Shown in pieces: positions 43,770 through 58,017 of a stretch of 64,000 bases of DNA. The notes beneath the pieces were generated by a model that worked only from the letters and a program-made list of their open reading frames with translations, was not told the origin of the DNA and ran no database searches. Origin of the DNA: the human T2T-CHM13v2.0 reference genome, Homo sapiens; assembly GCF_009914755.1 (NCBI RefSeq), contig NC_060926.1. The stretch is one strand, 5' to 3'. The stretch's first letter is position 1; every line of letters begins with the position of its first letter. Position numbers and translations under genes: made by a program.

Positions 43770-45919
43770 TACCCCAAGAGACATTTTAACTTGACATTCA
43801 GAATTTCATCAGAACTAACAGTCCTCAAACTACATACTTGTTTTAATTGCTTTACTCTGTACTGGAAGTAAAATACAGTGGTCATGTTATTGACTGCCTG
43901 TGATCTTTCTGTATGGAGTCCCATAGCTGTTAGGGTGATCCCTTAACTGCCTGGGCCACAGGATTTCTACTGTGGGTAGGTGCTGAAGACAGGCAGAAGC
44001 TGTGAAGTCCTAGATAAACAGACATTTTGGAGCCAAAAAGTACTGCTGTATACAGTGAACACTAGATACTTCTGGATCACTTTTGAGAGCCTCAGTTGAT
44101 TACCTGGAATCTGTGTTTGATTAGCTGTATGTGACTAAGAGCAAAATGCATTGAATAGGCCCTTGAAAATTGGATTAACTACACTTTTTGTGAGAAATTA
44201 CAACACAGTCATTTAGATTTAGATATATATTTCGTATTTAGAATGTACTTCTAAGTATGTGAATTTTCCAGGGATTATTTCTATGTACTTATATATTTTA
44301 GCTGCATTTCTGATTATCAGCCTCTGCTAACAGAAGTGGTCAAGTGATATGTGCTGTTACGAAAGGTACACAGGAAGAAATTGGGGAAAAATGAGTTTGG
44401 GAATCATCTTTATCCCAAACTATCTTTTATCATTTAGTTGGAATCAGGGATTCCTATTCTTTTTTGTAGTAGAAAACTACTTTGCTCTTTACCTAAAGAC
44501 AATACTCCAGCTATGTGAGACTCGGATAGTGCCAAAAAGAGTAGTGAGCCATTTTCACTGGAGTCTGCAAGTGTGTTATTCATTGCAAATACTTGCTCTT
44601 AGAATGGTAATTACTATACCATCTTTGTGTCTGGAGGTTAAATGCTAATTTTAAACTATAAAATTTTGTTTTTATACTCTAAATTTGATTGAAAACAAAT
44701 AGGATAGTAAGAGAAGTAAGAGGAAAAGAAGATTCAAGAATTGTCAAAGTGTGGAAGAAAAGAAAATGATAAAAGAAGAATGAAATTGAATGGTGAAAAG
44801 TAACTTTATTGAATTAATTAGGCTAAGTAATCATGTTAATCTGTTGTAATTTGAGACATGATTTTAAATATGTTTTTAAATTTATATATTTCTCTTTATA
44901 AATTGTTAAAATTTAGCTTTCATTTATCTTTAAAAACCTCCTGCCAAATAGATGTTGATGTTGAGTATATTTTAGTTTGATTTTGTTAAAACTCCTATCT
45001 CCCTGAAATTTCTTCAGCTTTTCACTTAAGAATTAAATTCTACCTTATTATTCTGACAACTATCAAAAAAGTTCAGTTTGTTATTAAGATACATCTTTTA
45101 AGTTCATCTGATGTTGATTTTTTTTAATAGTTTTAGCTGTTTATTAGTGGCTGATTAGGATTTGTTCTAGAGGCTAAATCCAGGTCTTTTCATGACTTAA
45201 GGTCCTATATAAAAGGCTACTTTATTTTTATTTTTTTGGTTTAATTCTAATCCGTTTGAGTTAGTAGGTGCTATGTGATTATTGTTTACGTGTTTGTTTT
45301 CTACTTATTGCTGCTCATCTCAACCCTGTTCATTGCATTCAGGGAATTTAAATCTACACTCTAAAAAACAGTGACAGTATTAATTTCTCAGCCTAGTTTG
45401 GGTTTCTGATGTTGAAATGTTTCACCCATGAGATACGAGCTTTTATCACTTAGCATGTGTGTATGTATTTATATGTATACATACACACACATACACAGTT
45501 TTATATATAGTTTTCAGTTTTTGTATTCACAGAATGGAAATGCCATATTTCCTGTGAGCAAAAGCACTCTTTGACCAAATTGCCTCATTGACTTTATGTC
45601 CTCTTCAAGCTTTTCTAATAATTAAAAAAATAAAAAAAGATGCTTGCCTTAGGTTGCTCATTAAAAACCAAATTACAGCAATAGTCTCTAGTAGTCAGTG
45701 TGATTGTTATAAAATCAGTTGTTAATTTTTTTTTCTTAAGAGATTTAGTAACAGGAATCCAGGAACATTTTTGGTTTTTAAGAATTATTAGATATAAATA
45801 CGAATCTTGAAGTTGAATATAAATGACTAATTTATTATTTTATTGCAGAATAAAAACACTTGTTGTAGGGTCAGTATAATAATATTGATTTTAATTATTT
45901 TTTCTCTGCTTATTTATAG

Positions 45920-46029
45920 GACTGATTGTGTAGAAAAAAAAGACAGCCCTGAAGTATATTTTTGTTGCTGTGAGGGCAATATGTGTAATGAAAAGTTTTC
46001 TTATTTTCCGGAGATGGAAGTCACACAGC
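45920..46029 (+). CDS. ACVR2A: ACVR2A coding exon 3 (110 nt): ectodomain cysteine box
   Basis: Acceptor tatttatag|G, donor AGC|gtaagt; reads TDCVEKKDSPEVYFCCCEGNMCNEKFSYFPEMEVTQ, phase-compatible with exons 2 and 4. Confidence 0.99.
45934..45941 (+). repeat. Coding A8 mononucleotide tract in exon 3
   Basis: GTA GAA AAA AAA GAC. Confidence 0.98.
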
Positions 46030-46205
46030 GTAAGTTCACAGGGAAAATACGTAGGTTTGCTCAACTGTAGATTGGAAACAAAATATATTTGTGTTGATGG
46101 AATAATTTGCCCCTACCTCTTCCCCAAAATTTGAGACTATGACAGATATTTATTATAGAATTTTGTAGACCAAATCTGAGTTATTTTTCCCCCCCTTTTC
46201 CACAG

Positions 46206-46360
46206 CCACTTCAAATCCAGTTACACCTAAGCCACCCTATTACAACATCCTGCTCTATTCCTTGGTGCCACTTATGTTAATTGCGGGGATTGTCATTTGT
46301 GCATTTTGGGTGTACAGGCATCACAAGATGGCCTACCCTCCTGTACTTGTTCCAACTCAA
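46206..46360 (+). CDS. ACVR2A: ACVR2A coding exon 4 (155 nt): transmembrane helix
   Basis: Acceptor cttttccacag|CC, donor CAA|gtaagt; reads PTSNPVTPKPPYYNILLYSLVPLMLIAGIVICAFWVYRHHKMAYPPVLVPTQ; ends phase 0. Confidence 0.99.
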
Positions 46361-48584
46361 GTAAGTTATTGTCCTGTACTTTGTAGTGTTTTAAATTGTA
46401 TATTTTTGAGAAATATTACTGTGGTGAAACCCACTAACTTATTACAGATTATTTTCCTTTGGAGTTAATTTTTGAATGTTTGTTGTCATGAGAACTCTAG
46501 CTAACTTTGCAAACTTATTAATGTACCTACCGTGTCCTTAACTTTTCTCACTTTAGGGTTGAGGTCGAGTAGAATGAAGGGATATTCCCATTTCTATTCC
46601 TCTTTGGAGAGTTTTACTCTCATGCTAACACTAACCTGCTTTGCTTCTTGAGAAGTCATTTATGATGGAGAAGTGAAATCATAACCCTGTCTTTGCCCTC
46701 TGTCCCCTCCTCCATTTCTAGATTTCTGTGCCTTTTTCAAGACCACTTGGCAAAACATTTTATCCATGGGGATAGACTTAGGAAAGTAACCAAAAAAGTA
46801 TAGAAAAGAGAGGTTTCATAAAGCCTTCAGGAAGATACCTCCATAAAGATGTTTTTGTAGGGAAGAGGAGCAGAAAAGTAACCTTTCTTACCATATGTTG
46901 TTGGTAGATCAAGTATTTTTTTTGGTTGCCTCATATCAAGTGTGTACTGAAGACTAAACACTTCTTTTAAGGCTCTTGATTGTCACACATCACACCCCAA
47001 ATATTTCTGGAAATATAGGTGTGGAGAGTAATCAGATTAAATTCATTAAATTTTCTACATTCTCTTATCATGTAGACACTTTGTGCAGGTCTGGTATTTA
47101 TAAGGACTTTTCATGGAAGTAGTTAGTATTCTACAGGTCTACGAAAACTGATAACTTTTGGTTTTACTTGCTTGAGACATCTCTGAATTGTAGTTTTTAC
47201 TGTGTTTCTTTTAACTCTTAAGATCACATTACCTCAGCCTTCTGAATCTCTTGGTGTAACTTTGCTTCTTTAATACCAGAAGGATTAATGGTTAAAACTT
47301 GATAGAAAAAAATGGCAAAGTCCTATAATTTAATGACCAAAACAACTCCTTCCCTCTAAGCTTTATTTATATAACACATTTATTTCTCAGCGCTTGCAGC
47401 AATCTGTTAGCATTAGATCATGGATTCCCATAATCCTTGTAAGATGTGTATATAGAGAAATAAACCCAAAGGTAAAATACCATGTTCAGTAATTAGGTAA
47501 ACATTATTTTGTACACCTTGAGTATTTTAACTTTTAAACAGTAGTAGCTAAGTTTGTGTTCATTAAGAATCATTTCTAAAAAGTGTTTTAAAATAAAAAG
47601 TTTTAGTACCTAGTCTATGTAGTTTACTCCAAATGGCCATAGGATACACTTTACCTTCTGTCAGTGATAACTTTTAAAAAATTTGTTTTAGTATCAAAAT
47701 TTAGAAGAGAGAGTATTCAGTATTATAATAGTTTCCTCAGTTTACCAGATCTGTGATATGCTAGGAACAAGCTGGGAACCACATTTATAAATAAATTTGT
47801 TAAGGTTTTTATAGGAGGAGTTTTAAAATGTAATCTTATAGATAACACTGATCTGTATACAGTATTGTTACAAAAATGTGCTTAAAGCTTTTCTTAAAGG
47901 GCTTTATATCCTATGTATGTGGTCAGTTTTTTAAGAAAGACTAAATAATTTAAGGGTTTGGACTTTTAAAAAGGATTGATGTTATGCATAAATAAGAACC
48001 AGGGATTTTCTGTGAGTATCCGTACATCTCTGTGGGTTTTAGATATTTGTTATGGTTAAAGTTACTGTACACATTTATTTAGTACTTACATGCTCTGTCA
48101 TGAGTTTATATGAATTTGTATGAATTTCTGAAAAATAAGGAAGAAATGTAAAGATTTTGTGATAAAGTCACCTGGTGTGGTCAAGCTTTGGTATGAAAAA
48201 TACAAGACAGGCCTGACTTTATGCTTTCCTTCTGTCATAAACTATGTTGTGGAAAAGGGGCATTGTCATCAGTGTGGAACTTCACTTTTGTCATCTTTTG
48301 CAGTCTCTGAAGCAGTATGGTTTCGTGCTTCAAATCTTGTTTTTGCTGAGAGGTTTATGCAAACTGTTCTGCAAGACCACTTCGTGGCCATCATGTAACA
48401 AAAGGCTTAGTTTTATCTTCTATTTCAAAATAATGATAATTACATCAAGCATTTATTGAGCATTTTACAGTGTACTAGGGCACTGTTAAGTTATATTATA
48501 CATAAAGATATAAATTATATGGGAACATATAAAAAGCATAAAATATTTTTTTTCAATGATTTCCAAGTTGTGAGACTGATTATC

Positions 48585-48715
48585 ATCTTTGGAATTTGTT
48601 AAAAAATACAAATTTTGGGACCACACTCCTGAAAGTATGGAATGGGGCATGGGATGTTATGTTTTTAATAAGCTTCCCAGGCGATTCTGGTGACCAGCCA
48701 GGTATGGAAAATACT
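48585..48715. mobile_element. MER5-like hAT MITE inside a MIR remnant
   Basis: tttgttaaaaaatacaaatt...ttttaataagcttcccaggcgattctg. Confidence 0.6.
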
Positions 48716-51700
48716 AATTTACTTTCATCTCACAGAGTTGTTTATGTAGTAAAATCTCCATTTTATAGATAGAAAAATCTGACCCAAGGACTCTTTGACA
48801 CTAAAGCTTTGTTCTTATTACTTACGCTGTTCTGCCTCTTTTTTCATAAAGCACATGCCTTTTGTTTCATATAATTCAGTAAACTTTTCTGCCATCTCAA
48901 AATCATCCTGTAGGCTAATTTATTTTCCTTTTGGATATTGAATAATTTGTATGACTACTAAAATGAGGAATAACATCATCTTATGTAAACATTGTCTCAC
49001 ATAGGACAAAAAGAGAAGTAAAGAAGTCATAGATACATAGAAGGGCATATTCATGTGTTTTCCATTAAAAATTTCCAAAAATTCTAAAGTACATTTTGGA
49101 ATAGGGTTGATGACCCTTTTTAGAATAGGGTTTATAAACATGTGATTGGGCTGTAGATAAAAATATCTGTGCTTGAGTTGATACTGCCAATTCCTATTAA
49201 GACTTTTTCGAAGGGTAGGAGAAGTAGGAGAGAGATATTTGAAGTCTTAAAGTGACTTCTGTATTTCACCCCATATTCACGTCCCCATATTTCAACTTTA
49301 CATCAGTTAGGAAAAGATCTTACAGTCTTGCTGCGGATTTTTGGAACATTCTTCCTCTGGATTCTTTAAGTGCTTTTAGACAGTGCCATAACATTTGTCA
49401 TTCTTTTTCTTAGGGAGACTTTTTCTCAAAGCTTTGGCTAAAGGATGGTTTGTGAATGAACTGGTCTGTTGTAAGACATTGTTCTCATTATTAGTAAGCT
49501 GGTTCTGGCAGTTAGGTGAGGGATTCTTTATGACATCAAATTGTTTAGAATTTTTCCTGGTTGTGTTAGTATTTTGTTCTGAAGAAGTGATGTAGGGGTA
49601 TAAGTACTTTAAAATCTGGTCTTTCATTATGGTTCCTAGTAACCAATACAAATACAAATTCTAGAATAAATTTAGCACAGTCGAAGGCATAGAAAAAAGC
49701 AGTTTTCTGGTCGTTTTTTTTTTTTCATAAGTCCTATATTTCTGTCATTGTTTCATGGTATCACTTTATTCTTATTCATCCTGGATGAAAGCCTTGGAGA
49801 CAACTATTCTTGGCTCTGTCATTTACCAAGTCCTGTTCATTCACCTTTTCATCCTGATTGATCCTATTGTAGTTCAGGACATTATTACTCCTAAGGCTAA
49901 GATTATTTCTATAATCTCAAAGTTGGCCTTCTTGCTTCCATTTCTCTCCCTTCATCTGTACTATTGCCAGAATAGCATTTTACATGTTTGATTATGTTAC
50001 TTATGTGCTTAAAATATGTGTGGGCTCTCAGTGAGCCACAGCAAAGAATACAAAGTTGGAGCATGACATGTGGTCTTCCATACTCTCTTTGTCTTTTGGT
50101 ACTTTCTTCCCATTACACCCCAAAACATCTGTCATATGCATCTAACATTGTATTAGTTGTAATCCTCCTTGAAAGATTTGAGAAAATAGTGCTTGGGTCA
50201 TTCTTTCATTTGTCATTCATATAAATAACCCCAGTTGAGAAGGGCTCATAATGTGTTTTATTCTCCCACTAGATTGTAAGCCTCTTGAAGATGAGATATG
50301 TATTGTAATTACTGCTGTGTCTTACACAGTATTTGTATGGAATAATCATTCAGTAAGTGCTGAATTGCTAAATTGAGTTTGTTGCATTTGGAATTATACT
50401 GAGATGATAATGAAGTATGTCCAGGGATTCCTTTAATAAACATTCAGGTGCTTTAGGGCTTTGCGTTGAGAGAAATCTTGAGGCCATGATTTTGTGGGGG
50501 GCTGTAAAATAAGTTGAAGTATTTCAGGCATTTATAAGAGAATGACATTATTCAGTTCTTTCTGTAATCACAGACTGAAGCATCCTATCTGTTTTCGTTA
50601 CCCAGCTCACTTTTCTTTTGCCTGTGCTGAAACTATCTTCCCACATATAGGAAGATGCTTTTATAATATGCATTGAGTAAACCGAATGCAAACTGGTTTT
50701 TCTAGTGACAGTGAGTCATGAATATGAGGGAATTGATGGACTCTATTATTAAGAAGTCTTATTGTGGTTAGAGTTAATGCAGTTTCAGTAAAATGGCGCC
50801 GCTTTCATAACCATATGTGAGCTTGTTTCCTGCTTATAAGATCTATATTTGTGCTGATAAAATACCACTTGATAAGAAATTGAATTTTAAGGGTTAGAAA
50901 TGACCTACCTTTAACAAGGCACGAAGTTAGCTTCTTGTTTACTTTTAAAGGCTATATAAGTAGCACTTCAGTATTGAAAATTAATTCTTTCTTAAATAAC
51001 ATCAGCCTGTTCAATCTTTATGATAGTTTGTCTAGGTGTGGGTCTGATAAGGACTAAAGCTTTGGGATACCTAAATTAGGCATACAAAATAATCCTTTTG
51101 ACCTTAGCATTAAAGTGATAATAGGTTGTCATTTCATGCTATGTCAGAGTGCTATTCACTGAGAAACCAAGCCATCTGTGAAAATGCTTTGTAGGATTTT
51201 CTTCTTGAACATGAGTTTATGTATTTAAAATTAATAAGAATCTGAAAGGGTAGGAAAACAGTTTTCAGCCAAGTTAATTTAGAAGAGTATACTGCTTCCT
51301 TACTGGGGGAGGGTGCAGGAGAAATTTACTAAATTTATTGAGTATTTAATATGCTAATAACAAGTTATACTTACAAAATATTACATTCATAGAAACATGT
51401 CTTGAAATAGGTTGACTACTGATTGGAGTTTATGAACACATCTCTTTCTCTTCTGCTTTTTCTCTCTTCATTTAAAATTCTCTTCTAATTAAAAAGTTAA
51501 TTATAAATACATGCTTGTGGTATCAAGACAAACTGTACAGAAAGACGTATGAAAAAATAGAATCATTTTCTCCTCTTTTCCCTTTCTCTGTCACTTTCCT
51601 GAAATAATCAATTTTAACAGATTGGTGTGTATCCCTTGGCACCTTTCTTTAGCCTTATTTTTTTGAGTATATATGTTTTCTTTTTTATAAACTATAAACT

Positions 51701-52018
51701 ATTCCACAACTGGCTTATTTTAATTTAACAGTATATGGACAGCTTTTCAGATTGATATTTTTAATCTTTTGTTTTATTATGTGTTTTTAAGTGAAATGTA
51801 ATAGAGTTTTATTGTATGCTTATGAAATAGCAAAATTTGATTTTTTGGTAAAAATTTTGTATATTTAAGGTGTACAATGTGATTTTTTTTTTAAGCTTAG
51901 AGTTTGTATTAGGTTTCTGCAAAGACAGAACTCACATCTCACAAATATTTGCAACTGTATTGTTTTAGTATGTTTGAAATATGACATAATGCTGTTGTCT
52001 TAGGCGTGAGCATTCTTT

Positions 52019-52051
52019 TGTGTGTGTGTGTGGGTGTGTGTATGTGTATGT
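52019..52051 (+). repeat. Imperfect (TG)n microsatellite
   Basis: Read directly. Confidence 0.9.
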
Positions 52052-53280
52052 CTAAGAAATAGTATAGGGCTACTATAGATGTTGTTCTGTGTCCTACCTT
52101 GGTGTGTGATTATTTTTGTATTGGTAACCTAAATTACAACTTACTTTAAATATATACTTCTAATTGTGGGGAGAAGTGTCATAAGTTATCTCGACATGCA
52201 GGTTGACAAAAAAAATTACTCTCATCAGGCATATATAATTTATTCCACTTACAAATGCTCAGACAAGGCCAGTTGGAGATTGTCTAAAATTCTGTGTCCA
52301 AAAGCAAAAAGGGAGGAAGGGGAGAAAGTAGAAAATTTAAACCTTTATCAATAGCTTAAAATAAGGTAAAGTTGCACATTAAAATTAATTAGTGCACCTT
52401 ATTTCTAAAAGTGACTTCTGTTTAAATTTTGAAATCTTGAGTTCAGGTTTTCTTTGGCTTGTACAGGGTCTCGTCTGTCAGTTGATTGGTGCATATGGAC
52501 CAGACTATATAATTTATCCTCCTTCTCTGGCAAGGAGATGTGTATTTAGGAGGAAGTGAGTTTGTTTTTTTCCTGTGTTCTTCATTTCCTGGACCTCATC
52601 CTAGACCTTGTTCTTTCATTCCTAGTTACTTCATTGCTGTCAAATCTTTTTTTTTTAAATTAAGATAATAGAAATGAAAAACGTCCCATTGTTAGCTAAA
52701 GCTGCTTGTAGCACATGAGCTAGGAATTGTTCAGGGTTTTCATTTTTGCTTAACCGCTCACTCAATGCTTGATTGCCTATGGTGTGCCAGGCACCATGCT
52801 GTGTGTATGGTAAAAGTGGCACGAGGACAGTACTTGCTTCACCTTCTGGGGCCTACAGTTAATATGTAGGTGAAGTAACACAGGATGATTGTTTGACTGT
52901 AGCCTGGAAATGAAGGGTAAAGAGTGTAAGAAGTGAGTTGCTTCAACAATTTTAGGCAAAGACTGGAGGAAGGGAGGAAAAATGTCTATTTCCAGATCTG
53001 TACTGATTGGGAGAGGAGCCACATGTGGGTGCCTAGCTAATGCTAAGTGCTCAGTAAGTATTCACTGTTATTGGTGTTAGAGTAACAGCTTCAAAATTGA
53101 ACTCAAACAGAATCATTTTTACTGAAATTATTGTTGATATATGTTAATACTTTGAAATTAACTTGGTGTAATAAAAGATTCATTTTGAGTATTATATCAG
53201 GCACTATACAGATCACTTTACACATATTAACTCATTTAATTTGTTAGTACCATGGGGTTCTGTCCTGTTTATCAAGTCCA

Positions 53281-54031
53281 TTTTTTTTTTTTTTTTTTTT
53301 TAACTTTAAATTCTGGGATACATGTGCAGAACATGCAGGTTTGTTACATAGGTATATCTGTGCCATGGTGGTATGCTGCACCTATCAACCCGTCAGCTAG
53401 GTTTTAAGCCCCACATGCATTAACTATTTGTCCTGATGCTCCCCTTCCCTTGTTCCCCTGCCCCTTGACAGGCCCCAGTGTACGTTGTTCACCTCCCTGT
53501 GTCCATGTGTTCTCATTGTTCTACTCCCACTTATGAGTGAGAACATGTGGTGTTTGGGTTTCTGTTCCTGGGTTAGTTTGCTGAGGATTATGGCTTCCAG
53601 CTTCATCCATGTCCCTGCAAAGGACATGATCTCATTCCTTTTTATGGCTGCATAGTATTCCATGGTATACATGTACCACATTTTCTTTATCCAGTCTATC
53701 ATTGATGGGCATTTGGGTTGGTTCCATGTCTTTGCTGTTGTGAATAGTGCTGCAGTAAATATACGTGTGCATGTGTCTTTATAATAGAATGATTTATATT
53801 CCTTTGGGTATATACCCAGTAATGGGATTGCTGGGTCAAATGGTATTTCTGGTTCTAGATCCTTGAGGAATCACCACACTGTCTTCTACTATGGTTGAAC
53901 TAATTTACATTCCCACCAACAATGTGAAAGTGTTCCCATTTCTCCACAGCCTCGCCAGCACCTGTTGTTTCTTGACTTTTTAATAATCAGCCATTCTGAC
54001 TGTTGTGAGATGCTATCTCATTGTAGTTTTG
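53281..54031 (-). mobile_element. L1PA 3' end (~750 bp, 5'-truncated) inserted into a MIR
   Basis: T21 tail; minus-strand frame IDWIKKMWYMYTMEYYAAIKRNEIMSFAGTWMKLEAIILSKLTQ is the L1 ORF2p C-terminus; TSD aagtccRttttt. Confidence 0.97.
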
Positions 54032-54205
54032 AAGTCCGTTTTATAGATAAGAAAATTGAGGCATTCATAGATGAAGTGACTTGGCTTAGAGTCACCCTAG
54101 TGGGTGGCAAAGCCTGGGCATTTATATCCAAGGATTATTGCCCATTGATTGAATGGCTTATTTCAGTAAATAATTAAGTGGAGTCCATAAAAAAACCAAA
54201 GCAGG

Positions 54206-54625
<420 letters not shown>

Positions 54626-55439
54626 TCACAATTTATTCATGTGTAACATGGTTTATTTTCTGGTTTTTTCAGCTACACTTGCAGAATACAGATATGAAAA
54701 TAAATCAAAATAAACTTCTGTAGCCAGTCATAAAACCTGATTCTTTTAAGCATCAACCCCAAAAAGAGAATGGGCATACCTACGTTTTTTTCAGACTTTT
54801 AACTCCAGTGCTGGCTACCTTGAGGTGCTCTACTTCTTAGGGAACATATCCAGAATCTTCATTTCACCTGCCTTGGCCTTTCTTTGCTTTCCTTTCAAGA
54901 GGAGTAAGATGAGAGAAACTGTAGGAAGTAGGAATTATCACAGAGGAATTTTGACGATCTAATTGGCTGGAATCATTGCTGTGCAATTGACATGTCAATA
55001 CTGTTGAATCTCTTAATGTATGTCTTGCTTTCCTTAGTTCAGAAACATTGTCCTCGCATATACTGTATTATTTATAAATTCTGTTTCTATTCTGCTTGGC
55101 AGGATAGTCTTTTTAAAATTTAAAATGGTAAAATTTCTTAGAATGTAAAATAATTAGTTGATATTAAGAGGAAACAAATTCAGAATTTGTCAGTTTTCAT
55201 ATAGTTTGGATAGGAGGACCTTAATTCGTCTTGGTAGTCCTAAAAAGTTGTTGAGTGAGGTATCTCCACTCCCAGAAAAAAATCAGTCTCTCTCTCTCTA
55301 GATACAGAGATACAGATATTTCTTGGAATGGTTTGAATAGTAAATAAAAGAAATCTTATAACACATATCATATATACATATTTATAGTATATAAACAAAA
55401 ATCTCTATTTTCTGGAAAGATTTTTTGTATTCCAGATCT

Positions 55440-55863
55440 GTGTATGTGTTTACTAAATATCTCCATTTATATGTCTCCAAGCACTTACCATTCACAGGTA
55501 GTGATTGTCTCTCACAAACCTGGTTCTCAGTAAATGGAACCACTGTCCATTTGGTTGCATAAGCCAGGAAACTAGGATGTCTCAACTCTGTTTTTCACCT
55601 TAACTGCTTCCCCCTAGTACTTACTCCATTTCTCAAGGGTGTTCTCCACAGGGAAATCTTCTCAGACTTTACCTGTCATTATAAGTCAGGTTTCTCTTTA
55701 CAGATGTTGAAGGTACTGAATTTCTTTTTATTAGTGTGAATTGTTGATTAGTCCTTCTGTCCTGCACTGCTGCAAGCTTCATGAGAGCCTGGCTAGTCAG
55801 TGCCTGGCACAGACTAGTTACTCAGTAAAATTTGTTGGATGAATGAATGAATGAATGAATGAA
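55440..55863 (+). mobile_element. L2 3' region ending in (TGAA)n
   Basis: ctcagtaaatggaaccac..aagccaggaaactagg...gtgcctggcacag..tttgttggatgaatgaatgaatgaa. Confidence 0.85.
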
Positions 55864-56004
55864 CTATTCTTCATTCTTTTCTGATATTTGGCAGTAGTTT
55901 TTTTTCCACCTCAGGGAGAAGCAACAAATCTTTTTCTCACCTACAAACCTAATAGCTTGATATTAATGTGCAGATTCGATTTTCACCGTTACCTACAGTT
56001 ATAG

Positions 56005-56397
<393 letters not shown>

Positions 56398-57584
56398 TTT
56401 AAAAAAATTTTGCTTTACCGCTCTTATTTTGTCATGTAGTTTATACATTGAGGACTGTTGCTGGTGTCTCTTGTTTGTTTATTCTAATCCTCATTTATTG
56501 AGAAGTGTATTAAGCAAACATATGTGGTTATTTTGTATTTATTCATGTACTTAAGTGAATGTATTTTTTTGTTCCGTTTTTACCCTTCATATTTTGTTGC
56601 ATAGTTGATATTTTGAGGCTTGTTCTTGGTGTCAGTTTGGGTTATTTTATAGCTTATCCTAATGTTCATTTCTTGGGAAATGTATTGGGCAGAGACATAC
56701 TTTTTGGTAAGATGTATGGATAGCACCTACTTGCACAGTGCTAGTATAGTGTCATCTTTATAGTGTCATCTTTATCTCTGAAAACACCTGTATTTAAACA
56801 AGATCTGAGAGATCCTTGAGCCTTTGGAAACCATAGTCTACTTATTCAGTTGGCATGTATTTCTTTCAAGGGATTAATTTTACTCTGGAGTACTGGATAA
56901 GATGTTTTGATAGTAGGATTATCTCAGCCTTTTGGATGAATTATAAATACTCTTGAATCATTATCACAGGAAGAAAATCTAGAAGGAAGAAAACTAGTTA
57001 AGCAACTGGTACAGATAAATGAGTTGTCCATTCTGTTTTGTCAGTGCTATTGTTCTCTATAGAAATATTGGAAACTGGGGAACATAGCCATCATCCATTG
57101 GAGGAATTCTCAGCCTTCCCTACCACTGGTGATCATATTTCTTTTAATTTTAAATTTAGACCCTTACCTATTTTGGGATGACTGGAAAAATGAAAATCCT
57201 GTTCTCTATCAGTGTCTGAGTGTCTTTAGAATGTGAGATGTGTGATTACTTGTTCCCAGGGCCACCTCTGCTTAACTGCTTCACCTTGATGTGCTGGGCA
57301 AGTAGGTTTGATAATATTCTGTCACTATGTTTTACTTAATTCTGATGATCTTGTTTTCCTGTCTTAGTTTCTTGCCATGGTGTATTATGGTGCACGCACA
57401 TAGCCACCAGAAACATTTTTCTGTCTCACCATTATGATTCTGTCTTCCATGAAAGGGAAGTGAGGCAGTTCAGGAAATAGGAAATTCTAGAGGTTCTTAA
57501 GACAACTATCAGAAAGTCTGAGAAACTGATTTCTAGCTATATATAAATTTGTTAGGGCTGCTAGCTCGTTTTTGCTAAAGGCAA

Positions 57585-57602
57585 TACTGCCCTCTAGTGT
57601 CG
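57585..57602 (-). promoter_or_regulatory. CTCF-like motif
   Basis: Minus strand CGACACTAGAGGGCAGTA versus CTCF core CCACYAGRGGGCRS; motif match only. Confidence 0.55.
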
Positions 57603-57993
57603 AGAAGGCAATTCCAATTTGTAAATTCCTTGTTTTATAATTTAGACTCTAGAGGCTCTTAGAAAAATAAATAATCATTATTTAAGACTTGATTTAGTTT
57701 GTTTGCAGGCATGAAGTCATTGGATCAGTTAACTTGGGATTAAACTGGAGTCAAGAATTTGTTTACCACCTATCTCTCATATCTAAGGGGTTCTTTTTGA
57801 TATTACTTTCCTCTGTTTGTAAGGAAAGTGTTCCCTATCTTTATTTAAACAATGTAAAACTTTGGATCATTGCCAACTTTTAAAATACTAAACCATTATT
57901 CTCTTTCCTTCACTTTTGTAACTGATGTGTCATTTTTCATTTCATTCTGGATATGAATCGTAATTTCTTTTGCCTGTGTTTTTTCTTCACAAG

Positions 57994-58017
57994 CACGCCT
58001 TTCATATAATGATAGAG
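57994..58017 (+). CDS. ACVR2A: Alternative 24-nt microexon of ACVR2A (HAFHIMIE), probable neural ActRIIA-N insert
   Basis: tgtgttttttcttcacaag|CAC GCC TTT CAT ATA ATG ATA GAG|gtaaga: exactly 8 codons, phase 0-0, no stop, between phase-0 exons 4 and 5; size and position match the 24-bp juxtamembrane insertion described for ActRIIA-N (recalled, not checked). Confidence 0.85.

Noticed and set aside
53424-53702. 92-aa minus-strand ORF
   Set aside because: C-terminus of L1 ORF2p in a 5'-truncated fossil L1.
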